From positions 7,316,001 to 7,380,000 of the forward strand of contig CM114271.1 of assembly GCA_050084515.1 (NCBI GenBank): a stretch of DNA of 64,000 nucleotides, written 5' to 3'. The position numbers and the translations under genes were made by a program. Below, piece after piece: positions 52,766-64,000 of this stretch (position 1 is the stretch's first letter; each line of letters starts with the position of its first letter). This stretch comes from Blasia pusilla (Eukaryota). The notes under the pieces are model-generated. The model was not told the origin of the DNA. It did not search any database and was given only the letters and a program-made list of their open reading frames with translations.

Positions 52766-54675
52766 GAGAGGTAGATGACTTGATCTTTGCATGATATGGA
52801 TTACAGATGTGCGACTTACGATGGGGCAACCTAGCACCCGGCCTTCTGATTTGGGCATCCAAGAAGGTGTATAGCATGTAGTAGATGTATAGGGCTACCA
52901 GGAGTTAGAGGACCTAACCGCTTGATTAGGGGGCGAGTTGTGGTACACTTGCGTTTGTGGATACTCTCGTCTATGTTATGTATGTATGTGCGTATGGTAT
53001 GTCAGCGATGTATGTTGTATGACGATGTGGATTCGCACGACAGCTGTCATGACCATACGGATTATGTCGTAGAGTATGGTGTGCTGGTAGAGGCCATTCC
53101 TTATGTAGGACCGTAGTGGCTTGGTAGAGATGCGGTTCCATATATAGGGTTGGGGGTTACTCACTTGGGGGTGACTTTCCCAGTAGGGCCCGCTCTTAGG
53201 TTGGAGGATATAAGGTGGCTTGCCCTCAAAGAACAGTCAGTTCTTTGAGTTGAGCCTGTTGCGTTGGGAGTTAGCCTTGGTAGTGAGTAGAGCTCTTGGC
53301 TATGGTGTTTCCCGCAAGCTTCGACCTAGATTCTCCCATCATGGAGTGGGTTTGGCTCGATTGTATGTGATTGTAAACGTGTTTTATGACAGTAGGTCTT
53401 TCACGGATTTCAGTTGTGGTACACTTGCGTTTGTGGATACTCTCGTCTATGTTATGTATGTATGTGCGGATGGTATGTCAGCGATGTATGTTGTATGAAG
53501 ATGTGGATTCGCACGACACCAAACCCACTCTCCTAATGAGAGGCTTGGGTTACATTCACAAGGCAAGGGACCATAGCTCCGTCGCTTCATGCCAAGAGGT
53601 TCAACAAAGAGAGAATGAGCTCTCTCCTCTCCCCTTGAGGTATACCCCTCCCCTCTCCCAAGCTCTCTCCATGGTAACCTATTCTCCCAAGTCATCTCCT
53701 TGGCTCTTGACCCGATGTAGGAGGTCAAGGGCCACTTACCAAAAATAAAAATTCGATCATATACTCAAAATGGTACTTACCTAAAATAGTAAGTTCCTCA
53801 ATATGGCTCCAAATGAGTTGAAACGAAGGGGAAACCTGCTCTCTCACATTTCCCAAGACCTTAGCAAGTCATCCTTGACCTACTGAGCCTGTCCTCCACT
53901 ACTCACGAAGGTGCTCTACTACATCTTACCGATCTATCCTAAAAGACGTGACAGTTGTCGTGCGCATACACATCGCTGTCACCGAACACACACAAAAACA
54001 CACACGATCCCATGCTCACTCATGGCATCCATACATAGAGGCGAGAAATACCAAAATATGTCCAATCGCCCCTCTAGTTGGTGGTTAGGTCACTGTAACT
54101 CCAAATAGCCATCTATCCCTACCTACCACGACATACACCTCTAGGACGCTAAGAGCAGAAAGATCAAGTGCTCATGTGGCCCCATCGTTAGTCGCCTTTC
54201 TGTCATCCATGTCACAAAAAAATTCGGAATCGAAACCTACCTAGTATCTCCTCTATGTACATCTGGGACACATCCATCGTCCCCGAGGAACCCTAGTGAG
54301 AGGTGGTGTCAGACATGCCATATGCCAACCTCTCAAACATCCATCACAGACTAGCATCCTGGCCGCACCACCAGGAGATCCACATAACATACAACGCAAA
54401 CTTGCAGGAACTACTGCTGAGCTCACATCTACTGTACCATCAATGGTAGGAAGGTGACATGGCGCATAATTATGCACATGGTCCTTCCATACCATACCAT
54501 CGCGTCCCTCCAGCAAGAGAACACCAGAGGGCAAAACGTCACGCACTCTCAGGATAGTGCGCCTTGCAGTCACATCCAACATCGTCAGTGCCGTCTGCTG
54601 CAAGTAGACATAATCTCCCTGATGAAACCTCCAGATAGTTGGTCGATAACCACCACCCCGAATAGTTGCGCGCAC

Positions 54676-56614
54676 GTCTCTAGGATGTGAGGCATACGAA
54701 AGAGGGCCTTTTCGGCGCTCGGTTTAAGTCCACTTAAGAAGATCACCTTTTTCATATGTTCATCCGTGGAAAGTGCACTCATGAGTGCACTAAACTCTTG
54801 CACATAAGCGCCAAGGGATCCGCTCTGGCGTAACCTCACAACCTCCATGCCATTGCAATACTCCTGATATTCCAGAGTGAATCGGTTCCCAATCAACTCC
54901 TTGAAATCTTCCCAACTCAACGTTTTCCCACGGCCTAGATGTTCTTTACGGTGAGCCGTCCATCAATGGAGAGCGTGATTCTTCAGAAACGTAACGTGAC
55001 CGCCACAGTTACCTTGTCTTGTTCATCTGCCTTTTGTGCTTCGAAATAAAGTTCGAGTTCCGTTAGAAACTCGCTCACTTTCCAAGGACGCCCCATTCCT
55101 GTGAATGGCGTTGGCAAATTTGTCTTACAAAGCTTCTTGTCGAAACTAGAGGCTCCATTTGACTTGAATTCCATTATCACCTTGCTGTGTTCGGCCATCT
55201 GGTTCGCCATCACCTTCATCAATCCCATCATTTGGATATAAAAGGCCGGATCGTTTGAGTTTGGAATCGAAGGTCCCGCGGAAAGATTTTCGGTTGGAAC
55301 ATCCTCATGTCTATGACTTGGCACTTTGGGAGTCGCCATTTCCACCTTTGGCTCTCGGTCCGTCATTGATTCGTCTCTTGGTTTTTTTGCTTTGACTCGC
55401 GGTTTCCTCAGTTCTTCGCCCTTGGTCGCCATTTGCAAGTCTTCCCTTTCTCAGATCTCCTCCCCGCCTCTTGTGTTCCTCCTTGGGCGTCGCGGTCTTC
55501 CGGCTACCTTGAGTTCTCCCCAAACGTCCAGATCTTCTAGGACCCCAAGCTCACGCTCATCAAGGATTAGCTCTGATACCACGTGCTGTGCGCCTACTCT
55601 CCTTGAACGTTAATCTTGTTTGTTGCGGAAGCGTGCGTTCAGTAGGTCACGCTCTCAACGCTGATCTGCATCCTAACACGTCCTCTGGTTAGTCGGGTCT
55701 TGGATCAATCAACGGGCTAACTTTTTGAGTTCTCGTCTCGGACTCTCATCAAGCTCAACCTTCCTAGTTTCGCGGTTTACAACACGGGCAAGTCTCGAAA
55801 GACTTGGGACAGACTTTCTGGTCGGTTCAGGAACCTAAAACGGCGTTTCGCGCCTGGCGATTCCAACTGTCTGATGGACATCCAATTAGTTCCTCACCAA
55901 GACTCGCACGAAGTGAATCTCGGGTTGGAATCCAAGTGTGGCGTACAAAGTCTACTCCCTTGGATCAGGTTTGGGTTTCGAGTTCCAACGCCAAACTCCC
56001 ATTCCATCACGTGCCTTTGAAACGCCGTTTGGTGCCCAAAGTGGGGATTCGTGTTCCAAGACATCTTGGAGAGATTCCTCCCTTACTAGTACTTCTGGGG
56101 ATCTCCGGGGCCCCCCTACATTTAGGGAAAGACACCCGGGCCTCTCGAATTGGCCCTCAACCCGATTGCTCTCACAATTTTTTCTGGCCAATATCTCAGC
56201 ATGTACGTATGATTTTGCTAAGATCTTTAATGAGTTGGAAGCATCTCAAGATAAGCTTTCCAACGTGCCCTTACTTGTTCCGAATGCAGCTTGGAGCTCA
56301 ACGTTATGGTCCTAAACACAGTCACATTCTCCCAAACGCTAGTCGTGTTCCAAATTGGTTCTCACCTCTTTGGCAACCAACCTCCCAAGACTCAACTCAT
56401 CTCAAGTCTTGGTTCGCGTTTGGTCTAGGTTTCCTGGTCGCGATCACTAACGCATGAAACGCACAACTCTGTTCCGCATTTCGTCTCTTAGACTTTTCCA
56501 AGAGACTTTTCCAAACGCCTCTCCAAAGCGCAAACCTCGCAGCGTGAGTTCACTTGAGTTCTGATGTTTCGCTTGGCGCCTATTTGGTGTTGTTTGGTTA
56601 TGAGGGTCGCGACA
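54676..56614 (-). mobile_element. Element D: truncated Gypsy element (5' LTR, PBS, gag)
   Basis: LTR-like 56614 (TGTCGCGACCC) to ~55584, PBS TGGTATCAGAGC at 55570-55581, retrotransposon gag (PTPFTG..FLTELELYF; SWEDFKE..LRQSGSLGAYVQEF..FLSGLKP). Fused directly to the element C integrase tail. Confidence 0.85.
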
Positions 56615-59600
56615 ATGTGGGAGGTAGCTTATCTCTTGGTGTGGTTGTAGAGGTATGCCAAAGTGGGATGCAAGGCAACTCAACTCTTGACGACACAATC
56701 ATGGAAACATCTTGGGCATGACGTGTAGAATCATCTTGAATGAATTGATCTTCGCTAGCTCCTAGATGAATATCATGATTTTCTTCTACCAAAACTCCAT
56801 CCACATTGAAAGGTTTGAAATAAGATCAAAAGCTAACAAATATTAGAAGGAACATCAATATGACTGTTCAATGGTTTAGGGTAAGAATGGGTAAGACATG
56901 CGTTGGAATATGACCTTATGATTGGGCTTCCAATAATTGGCTGGTGGCATTGATAATGGGGATACTTGGAATGGCATGTACTATTGGAGTAGATCCAGAG
57001 AGAAATTTAACAAACTAGTTTGGTCTCTTGTACTCTTGTTGATAGGTCTTTTTTTTTCTTCAGAGAACTGCCATTTTTTTAGCATGAAAGGCCGGTTTCT
57101 ATTTTTGCGCTTTGCCTCGCAAAAGCTTACAAAAATCCCGTATATCTACATGATGCGGTGCAATTTGAGTCAAGAAGAACATAGGAATTATAAATCAGTG
57201 AAATCAAATGTAAGCGAGGAATAGTTTGGCATGGGGAAAGATCATGGATGGAATGAACTTACGTTAGAGACATGTTGAAGGAAGCATGTTCTACTTCCAA
57301 TTCGCGTGCAAAATTCTCTACTCAACAGGCATGATGTCATTTTTGAGCCTCTGCACGAGCCAATTTGCAAAAATCACGTAGATTTGTATGTGTAGGATTT
57401 GATGGAAAAGGAAGTACGTAAAAAAATTGGGGAAATATGCAAGATTTAAGTCATGAAGGAAGATGTCATAGAAGAAAGGATACTATGGAATGAAACATTC
57501 TTACGATGTAGCAAAGAAGCATTGTGCTTACATTGGAGAATGGTGCTTCAATATGCCGAGATGTTCCCCAATTCTTGAAGATGCGATAGGTATATTTGTG
57601 ATGGGAGTCAATAGTCGTCTCTCCACGTCCATCAATACGTGATTGAGACTCGATATCTGCATTGTAACGAAACATTGGAGAGAATAAGAAAATAATACAT
57701 TTTATGAATAGCCTACCATCGCACAAGCCTGAGGACGACGGTCTCAATTCAAGGAAATTGTGGTCATGATCAATTCTCATGCCTAATGCTATTATGCTTA
57801 GCATAGGCATGTGGTAGGACTCAAAGTAGCATAGCCATAGCAAAGATGATCATCTCCTTGCATGTGCAATTGTACTAACACTACCCGCCGCCGCTCCTAA
57901 GATCCGAAATAGTGAGAGGCGGCTGCCACTAGCAATGGCATAACACCATGTAGGTAGGCTTCACTCTTGGATGGTCTCTACGTCGAGAGCCAAAAATAGG
58001 GACATGGAGCCGCCAATGTCTAGCAATAATATTCGACCGCACTTGTAGAGGCCATAATGAGAGCCCCGTCCAATGGGGTGAATCCTCCTTGGCGATGGTA
58101 GCATGGATGAATAAGATTTATATCTAAAATGGTTATGGCCCCCAAAGTAAGTGCAAGGATTTTAAACTTTTCATTTTCATTAAGTGATTGAACTTGGATG
58201 TAGGTCCATTAGAGGAGAGAGTTATTGGATGTATATATAATGCATTTTTGGATAAGGATGTATGATGTGTAGATGGGTTTGAACCAATGTATTGTACACC
58301 TTTGGAATGAATGATTATAGAAATTTGCATTGAGATAAGGCAAGGTTGTGTAATAGAGATTGAGTGATTGAACCAAGGTTGCACGGAAATGAACATGCCT
58401 AACGGGTCCCCCACATGCACCAAGCCTGCCTGTGAGCCCGTGGAGCCTCTAATGTAGTCTCACGCTCGCACGGGACCCACAAGGCGAGTTGGGCCCCTAT
58501 TGGACCAGCTCAAGCAGGGCCTGCCGTTCAGGCCGCCATGTGAGCGTTGTGCGCGCTTGCCGCGGGATGCTCAAGCCCACACAACGTCCGCAGCTAAGCT
58601 CGCATGTGTGGAATTAGCTGCGGACCTTGCGTGGGCTTGAGTCTCTCATGCGGGGCTTGTGTGGGCTCATCTATAGGCCTTGCGCGGACGTGAGCCCGAC
58701 CATCCAATGGGGGCCCATCCTGCCCTATGGGCCGTGCACAGGCTTCATGCAGGCTTCAAAATGGGTGTGGATTGGCCAAGCCTGCCTCTACGTTACAAGC
58801 TTGGTGCGCTGAGGTGCAGGTCGTGAAAACCCGAGCCCGCACGGACATGTTTGTCCTAGGTTTAGACATAAGTCCGTAGACATGAAGATGTCCACGCACA
58901 CAGACCTGGACGGTTTGTGTGCAATCTTGGATTGAACACTAATCCAGATGTAAGTTTGTCTGATTTCATGTATGCCTTCAAAAGCGAGGTATTGGGCTTG
59001 CACAGATTTAGTATTGATGTCTAGGACGTCTGTTCGTTTACATATAAGGGCATACTTGACCAAGTAGAATGATCAATCTGCATCAATAACATTCAAAATG
59101 TTAATGTATGCTCCCCGAAGAAGCAAAATGACATGATGAAAGGGAATTATATCTCTATGTACGTGTGGCGGCATGTAGTATGTCTATCATATTGTTTATG
59201 GGTCAATTGATGGGATAATAGAATTCTTTACATGAGTAAGAAATCCAAGACGACAAGGGCGTTTTTGTATCTTCTTATGTACAATACACACATTCTCCTT
59301 GTATTTTTGAAGTTGTATGCGTGTAAAATAAGTATTCAAGAGGAAATGACAATTAGATGTTATGGTGTGTAGGTTAGGGGAAAAATATAATTGTGTGTGA
59401 TGGGGAATATAGATGCAAATCTCAGATGTTATGCATCAATATTATTGTTGTCAACCCTAAGAATCAACATGGCAATGGAAACTACTATTGCCTTGCAACT
59501 CATACATACCTAAGTACGTAGTCTTTAGATCTCGGTTTAAAATAATAATCCTTGATGACACACAAAGATTCGTTGGCCAAACTAGTGCATCCTTAAAGTA

Positions 59601-61019
59601 AAATAATTTCGCAAGCAGAGAAACATTCTTAGTCTAGATAAGTATAAATGTCTCTAAGCAAAATTTGTTTGCAAACTGAAAGTTTCTCTATAGGTGAATA
59701 TACTAGAAATCAAAATAACACCATCACATGATTGCACCCTATTCAAATTTGGAGAAATACAGTATTTCAAGAACCTTTTCAAACATATCTTTCGGGCAAA
59801 GAAGTTTCAGAGAGAATATTTCAAATGAGCACAGCAAGTAAAATATTTCAATTGGCTATTTTCAACAAGCACTTACATGAGAAGATCACAATGAAGTAAC
59901 TATGATTTCATCACTTCATGGGATGGCTAATTACAAGAAGATTTTCCAAAATATGATCTATTACAATTTTTTCCCATGTGGAAGGCAATAATAGTTGTGG
60001 ATATTTCCAATCACAAAACTCAGACCTTGCACTCTTTAACCTCGAGTTTTCACGGAGAGAATTGTTGACACAAATTTGGCCTAAACATTTCCCTCTCGTA
60101 GATAATCAAAAGCACTGAATTATCGCAATATGCCAAACCTTTAGAAACCTTTCATCTTTTTACCATCTTGAGGGTACCAGCAAAGTTATTATTAGAGATC
60201 TCTCACCTAACAGCTAAAATACAAATTTGAACACCAAATGATAAAGAACAAAACTTTAAGTGTACCTCAGAGACACATAAGAAAATTTAAGATGAGAATA
60301 TTCAAAGTGGAAAGGTCACCTCAAGAAAAATTTGAGTAGTTTAAAATGAACAAAAATGAGAACAAACATATGCATTTTTATTATTCTTCAAATAATCCTT
60401 CCCTCATTGTCTTCCCACTCTCAAGTTGTGTATGGCACTTTTGCTCAATTTAATGATGGGGGCCTATTTACAGTCTTTTTGTCTTTAATGTAAGTCTCTG
60501 AAAATTCTGAGACTTACATTCAGAGAATACTTCCTTGATGTGCAATCACCTATCTAACTAACACCTTTCAATTTTGGGGCAGTATGATTACGGGTATGAA
60601 TTGCATGGCTACACAAAGTATAATAATTCTCTGAAGTGGTAAAATCTTTGTGGACGACAATATTATCATTTTATCCAACATGACGCCTGAGTCTCCTCCC
60701 ATCAACTTGAAGACATAGCGTACTGACTTAACATTTCTGGAATAGATCAACTTAGTCGTGGTGTGGAAATCATGTGGGCAAATCAACGTGACACAAAAAT
60801 TCAAGAAGGATCTTTTAATCAAAGACGAGATCCAAGGTTCTCACATATTGCCCAAATCCCTCTACACTACAAGGTTGGATATGCAAAGCCACACTCTTTC
60901 TTGAAGCCAAACAAAATGGCAAGCTCTGTAACCTCACTTCAGTGGAAACACTGGTGATGTGGTTAAACCAGGTTTCTCATGTCCAAAATACCACAAAAAT
61001 GTTGTGTGGGTGAGTGGAG

Positions 61020-62397
61020 AGAGACTATACTCATTTAGTAGTGCTTGTCGTAGCCTTGCGACCATAAACACCTCGCTCTGGTTGGACGGTGCAAGTGGAG
61101 AGAGTGTACTCATTAAGTAGAGCCTGTCGTAGCCTTGCGACCTTAGACCCTGCGCTTTGGTTGGCCTGTGCTTGAGACGGATGGGTGTAGAGAGAGGAAG
61201 AAGAGAAGACGGTACCATTTGAGAGGAGGGAGACACTCTCATATAGTGTGAGTGCTGACCAAACGTGCATGTCATAGCCTTGCAACCATAGACCCTACAC
61301 CATCATTGGACAGTGCTTGAGATGGGTGTAGAGAGGGGAAAAAGTGAAGAAAGTGCCAAATGAGAGGCGGGAGACACTCTCGTAGAGTGAGAGAGCTGAC
61401 TACACGATGTGTTGGACAATAAGCCCAGCGCCCTGGTTGGACTTTGAGAGAGAGAGATTCTACTCATTGAGTAGTACCTGTCGTAGCCTTGCGACCATAG
61501 ATCCTGTGCCCTGGTTGGACGGTGCTTGAGACTGGGATGGGTGTAGAGAGAGAAGTGAAGAAGGTATCATATGAGAGAAGGGAAACACTCTCATATAGTG
61601 TGCGCCCTGGGGGAGAGAGAGATTGTACTCTTTAGGCAGTGCCTGTCGTAGCCTTGCGACCATAGACCCCCACCATGGTTGGAAGGTCCGTGAATCTATA
61701 CTCATTAAGTAGTGCCTGTCGTAGCTTTGCACCCATAGACCCCGCGCCCTGGTTAGACGGTGCTTGAGACAGGGATGGGTGTAGAGAGAGGAAGAAGTGA
61801 GGGAGGTACCATATGAGAGGAGGGAGACACTCTCATATAGTGTGAGTGCTGACCAAACAACGTGTTTGTGCAGAGCTTCCAAGAGTCAACCAAGAAACTC
61901 TTCACCACACCATCTACTTTCCCTGATTGGGATCCCCAATAGACATTACTTACCAGTGAGGCAGCTTTGGGCAATGGATCAAGGCTACTGAGAGAGAGAC
62001 TATGCTCATTAAGTAGTGCCTGTCGTAGCCTTGTGACCAAAAACCCCACGCCCTGGTTGGATGGTGCTTGAGACCGGGATGGGTGTAGAGAGAGAAGCAA
62101 GTGAAGAAGGTACCATATGAGAGGAGGGAGACAGTCTCATATAGTATGAGTGCGAGAGAGAGACTGTACTCATTAAGTAGTGCCTGACGTAGCCTTGCGA
62201 CCATAAACCCCGCCCTCTGGTTGGACGGTGCTTGAGACTGGGATGGGCGTAGAGAGAGAAGCAAGTGAAGAAGGTACCATATGAGAGAGAGAGAGACAGT
62301 CTCATATAGTATGAGTGCGAGAGAGAGACTCTACTCATTAAGTAGTGCCTGTCGTAGCCTTGCGACCATAGACCCCGCGCCCTGGTTGGACGGTGTG
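61020..62397. repeat. Irregular tandem array of a ~165-bp unit, followed by (GA)n at ~62410-62467
   Basis: Core ctcattaagtagtgcctgtcgtagccttgcgaccatagacccc recurs at ~61030, 61109, 61463, 61628, 61701, 62005, 62169 and 62334. Confidence 0.9.
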
Positions 62398-62405
62398 TTT
62401 AGAGG

Positions 62406-62470
<65 letters not shown>

Positions 62471-62477
62471 TTTCAGG

Positions 62478-63777
62478 CTATTTCAACTTTGTGCAAAAGT
62501 CAGGTAGATCCACCACGTGTACCCGAGGAATTGCAGCAGCTGAGACCCTTTCTTTCTCAGTGTTATAACCCCATGAAGCTGAGTAGATATGCAATATGAC
62601 AGCATTTGAAGACACGATCACAAACGAGCGAAATGGAGATGGGTTAATTAGACTTCTCTGTGCCACAAACTACAAAGCTGCCTATTATCAAACAATCTTA
62701 GAACTTGGATTCTTTCTGATTACTAGTGATTACTCTAGCTAAAGTCTTCCTATCTCTAACGTAAGCATTCATCAATCAATGAGAATAGTTAAATGGAATT
62801 GCATGTATGGAGATAGGACGTACCTAGATACAGGTTCCAACTGTCCAATTCAGAATCTTTTATAACATTCTGGAGAGTGGCGAGCCGATCTTCTACAAAG
62901 CTGCAGCAAGGGATTAAATCAATATATATATTCTGCCCTAAAATATTCTGCTTGACTGATCTAGTTAATCCATAAAGTTCTCTGTCATAAACGGCAGTTC
63001 ATCAGAGACTTACTGTAGAGTCATGCCCTGATGCTCAGGACGGGCTTGTAGCTGCTTCAAAATCTCTACTTTCGGCCTGTTGCCATACAAACATGTACAC
63101 CCACTTCTTTATGAGAGCTGAGATCCTAAGATATCATTCACATCAAACAAAGCATTGAAACATTCCTACTGTAGTTGGAGTTACATTCCACCTGCTTCGT
63201 TTATGTGCTTAACAAGCATTATACATATTTCCAAATTCAAAGGATGATAAAAAGAGCAGCAGATTGTATCACTCTAATCAAATTGTTTCCACATCATTTT
63301 TCGTACCAATGCTTATTTCCTAATTGTCTTGTTTACTGATGCACCGTAGGACCAAATTGGATACCATTACATGAAAGTCGATCTGCACATCCAATTCTTT
63401 TAAATAAGTCACAGTTCTACATTTAGACAATTATAGAGAGAGATGAATAAGCCCACCCTGAGCCCAATCCATATATATGTTCAGGAGGAATCTCCACTCC
63501 AGCAATCTCTTTGAGCAGCAAAGCAGCAAATCGTGCCTGGAACAGGATATCAAGAGTGACGACAATTTCAATGAGAATAATTCAAAGCCCATTGAGGAAA
63601 AGTATGAGGCATCCATCCTCCTACTATGTCGGAACCCAAAGCAAGCATAAAAATTAAGGCAAAGGGAGCTCCTGACAAGTTTGGAGCACTACCCAGCTTT
63701 GGCCTACCTGCTTGGTTGTAACAATGTACAAGGATGAAGTTGCAAATTTAATTGCATCTCCTGTTCCTGGATAGAAC
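62478..63777 (-). CDS. 3' five exons of a HAD-like hydrolase gene (At2g45990-like); 5' exons probably beyond the window
   Basis: GT-AG exons 63777-63708, 63536-63457, 63076-63014, 62900-62824 and 62578-62478 splice in phase to FYPGTGDAIKFATSSLYIVTTKQ-ARFAALLLKEIAGVEIPPEHIYGLGSG-PKVEILKQLQARPEHQGMTLH-FVEDRLATLQNVIKDSELDSWNLYL-ASWGYNTEKERVSAAAIPRVHVVDLPDFCTKLK*. Confidence 0.92.
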
Positions 63778-64000
63778 CTGCCAATGCAGTAACCATATTG
63801 CATGTTGAGGCCAGGCTCATGTTGGTGCAAGGTCATTGTTTTGCTCCCAATAATTGTCTCTCACTGGATGCACTACATATTTCCTGCTAACCAACCTTTC
63901 AACAATCTCCACATCCATCCATATGCTTCCATGCTAATCCAAACCATCCAAACTGTTTTTCGTCTCACTATTACCAGTCAGCTTGGGCAAATTCAAGAGA

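Larger units (their letters stand above)
43925..53518 (+). mobile_element. Element B: complete Gypsy-like retrotransposon gag-PR-DNMT3-RT-RH-IN-PHD with split direct repeat ends
   Basis: Termini TGTCATG..CACGACA; 4-bp TSD CCAA (43921-43924, 53519-53522). Gag with knuckles CWTYGGDH..C and CDHCGRLGH..C, protease VLLDSGA, DNMT, RT-RH ORF 49974-51107 (YIDD), integrase HHCC + DDE core (51520-52100), PHD finger. A1 43925-44292, B1 52937-53042, A2 53045-53412, B2 53413-53518. Confidence 0.96.
43717..54675 (-). mobile_element. Element C: 3' part of another DNMT-Gypsy family copy (IN tail + PHD, B1-AC-A2-B2), split by insertion of element B
   Basis: ORF 54253-54675 ends in a PHD (CMLC..CDGC..WHMAC..WMCPRC). 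PPT-like TAGAGGGGCGA at 54066-54076; B1 54065-53956, AC, A2 53953-53519 continuing 43924-43845, B2 to ~43717 (cleanest terminus copy TGTCGTG at 42680). Confidence 0.9.

Noticed and set aside
43925-53518. Element B as a DIRS/Ngaro tyrosine-recombinase element
   Set aside because: It has an HHCC + DDE integrase in Gypsy order, TG..CA ends and a 4-bp TSD; I saw no YR motif. Its methyltransferase is C5-type, not the adenine-MTase-like domain of DIRS.
55804-56457. 217-aa plus-strand ORF
   Set aside because: Lies within the LTR of element D, has a non-ATG start and no recognisable motifs.
56700-58130. Possible decayed DNA transposase (MULE-like)
   Set aside because: Only vague motif resemblance; not supportable without a search.
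61020-62397. Repeat array as a CRISPR-like locus
   Set aside because: Sequences between the cores are themselves repeated rather than unique spacers, the context is eukaryotic, and there are no cas genes.
63877-63960. Putative extra upstream exon of the HAD-like gene (..WMWRLLKGWLAGN)
   Set aside because: Weak donor site, and the upstream residues do not match the expected family sequence; more likely intron.

Overview
Repeat-rich eukaryotic window, most likely a non-seed land plant (inferred from plant-type host genes, TTTAGGG motifs and the TE complement). Host genes are an intronless ATN1-like Raf/STY kinase (31495-32679,+), the last five exons of a HAD-like gene resembling Arabidopsis At2g45990 (62478-63777,-), and a probable heavily decayed NB-ARC-LRR pseudogene. 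Transposons include a complete chromovirus (12676-18815), an RTEX-like LINE, a Helitron Rep fragment and another Gypsy gag/LTR remnant. The highlight is a Ty3/Gypsy-like retrotransposon family, present as three large copies and one fragment. It encodes a DNMT3-type cytosine methyltransferase between protease and RT, and a PHD finger after the DDE integrase. It lacks normal paired LTRs and a canonical PBS. Its ends are split direct repeats (A1-ORFs-B1-NN-A2-B2), as in PAT/Ngaro tyrosine-recombinase elements. The B1/A2 junction reads CACGACA-NN-TGTCAYG, like a circle junction, yet the complete copy has TG..CA termini and a 4-bp TSD. All calls come from reading the sequence by eye; no searches were run.
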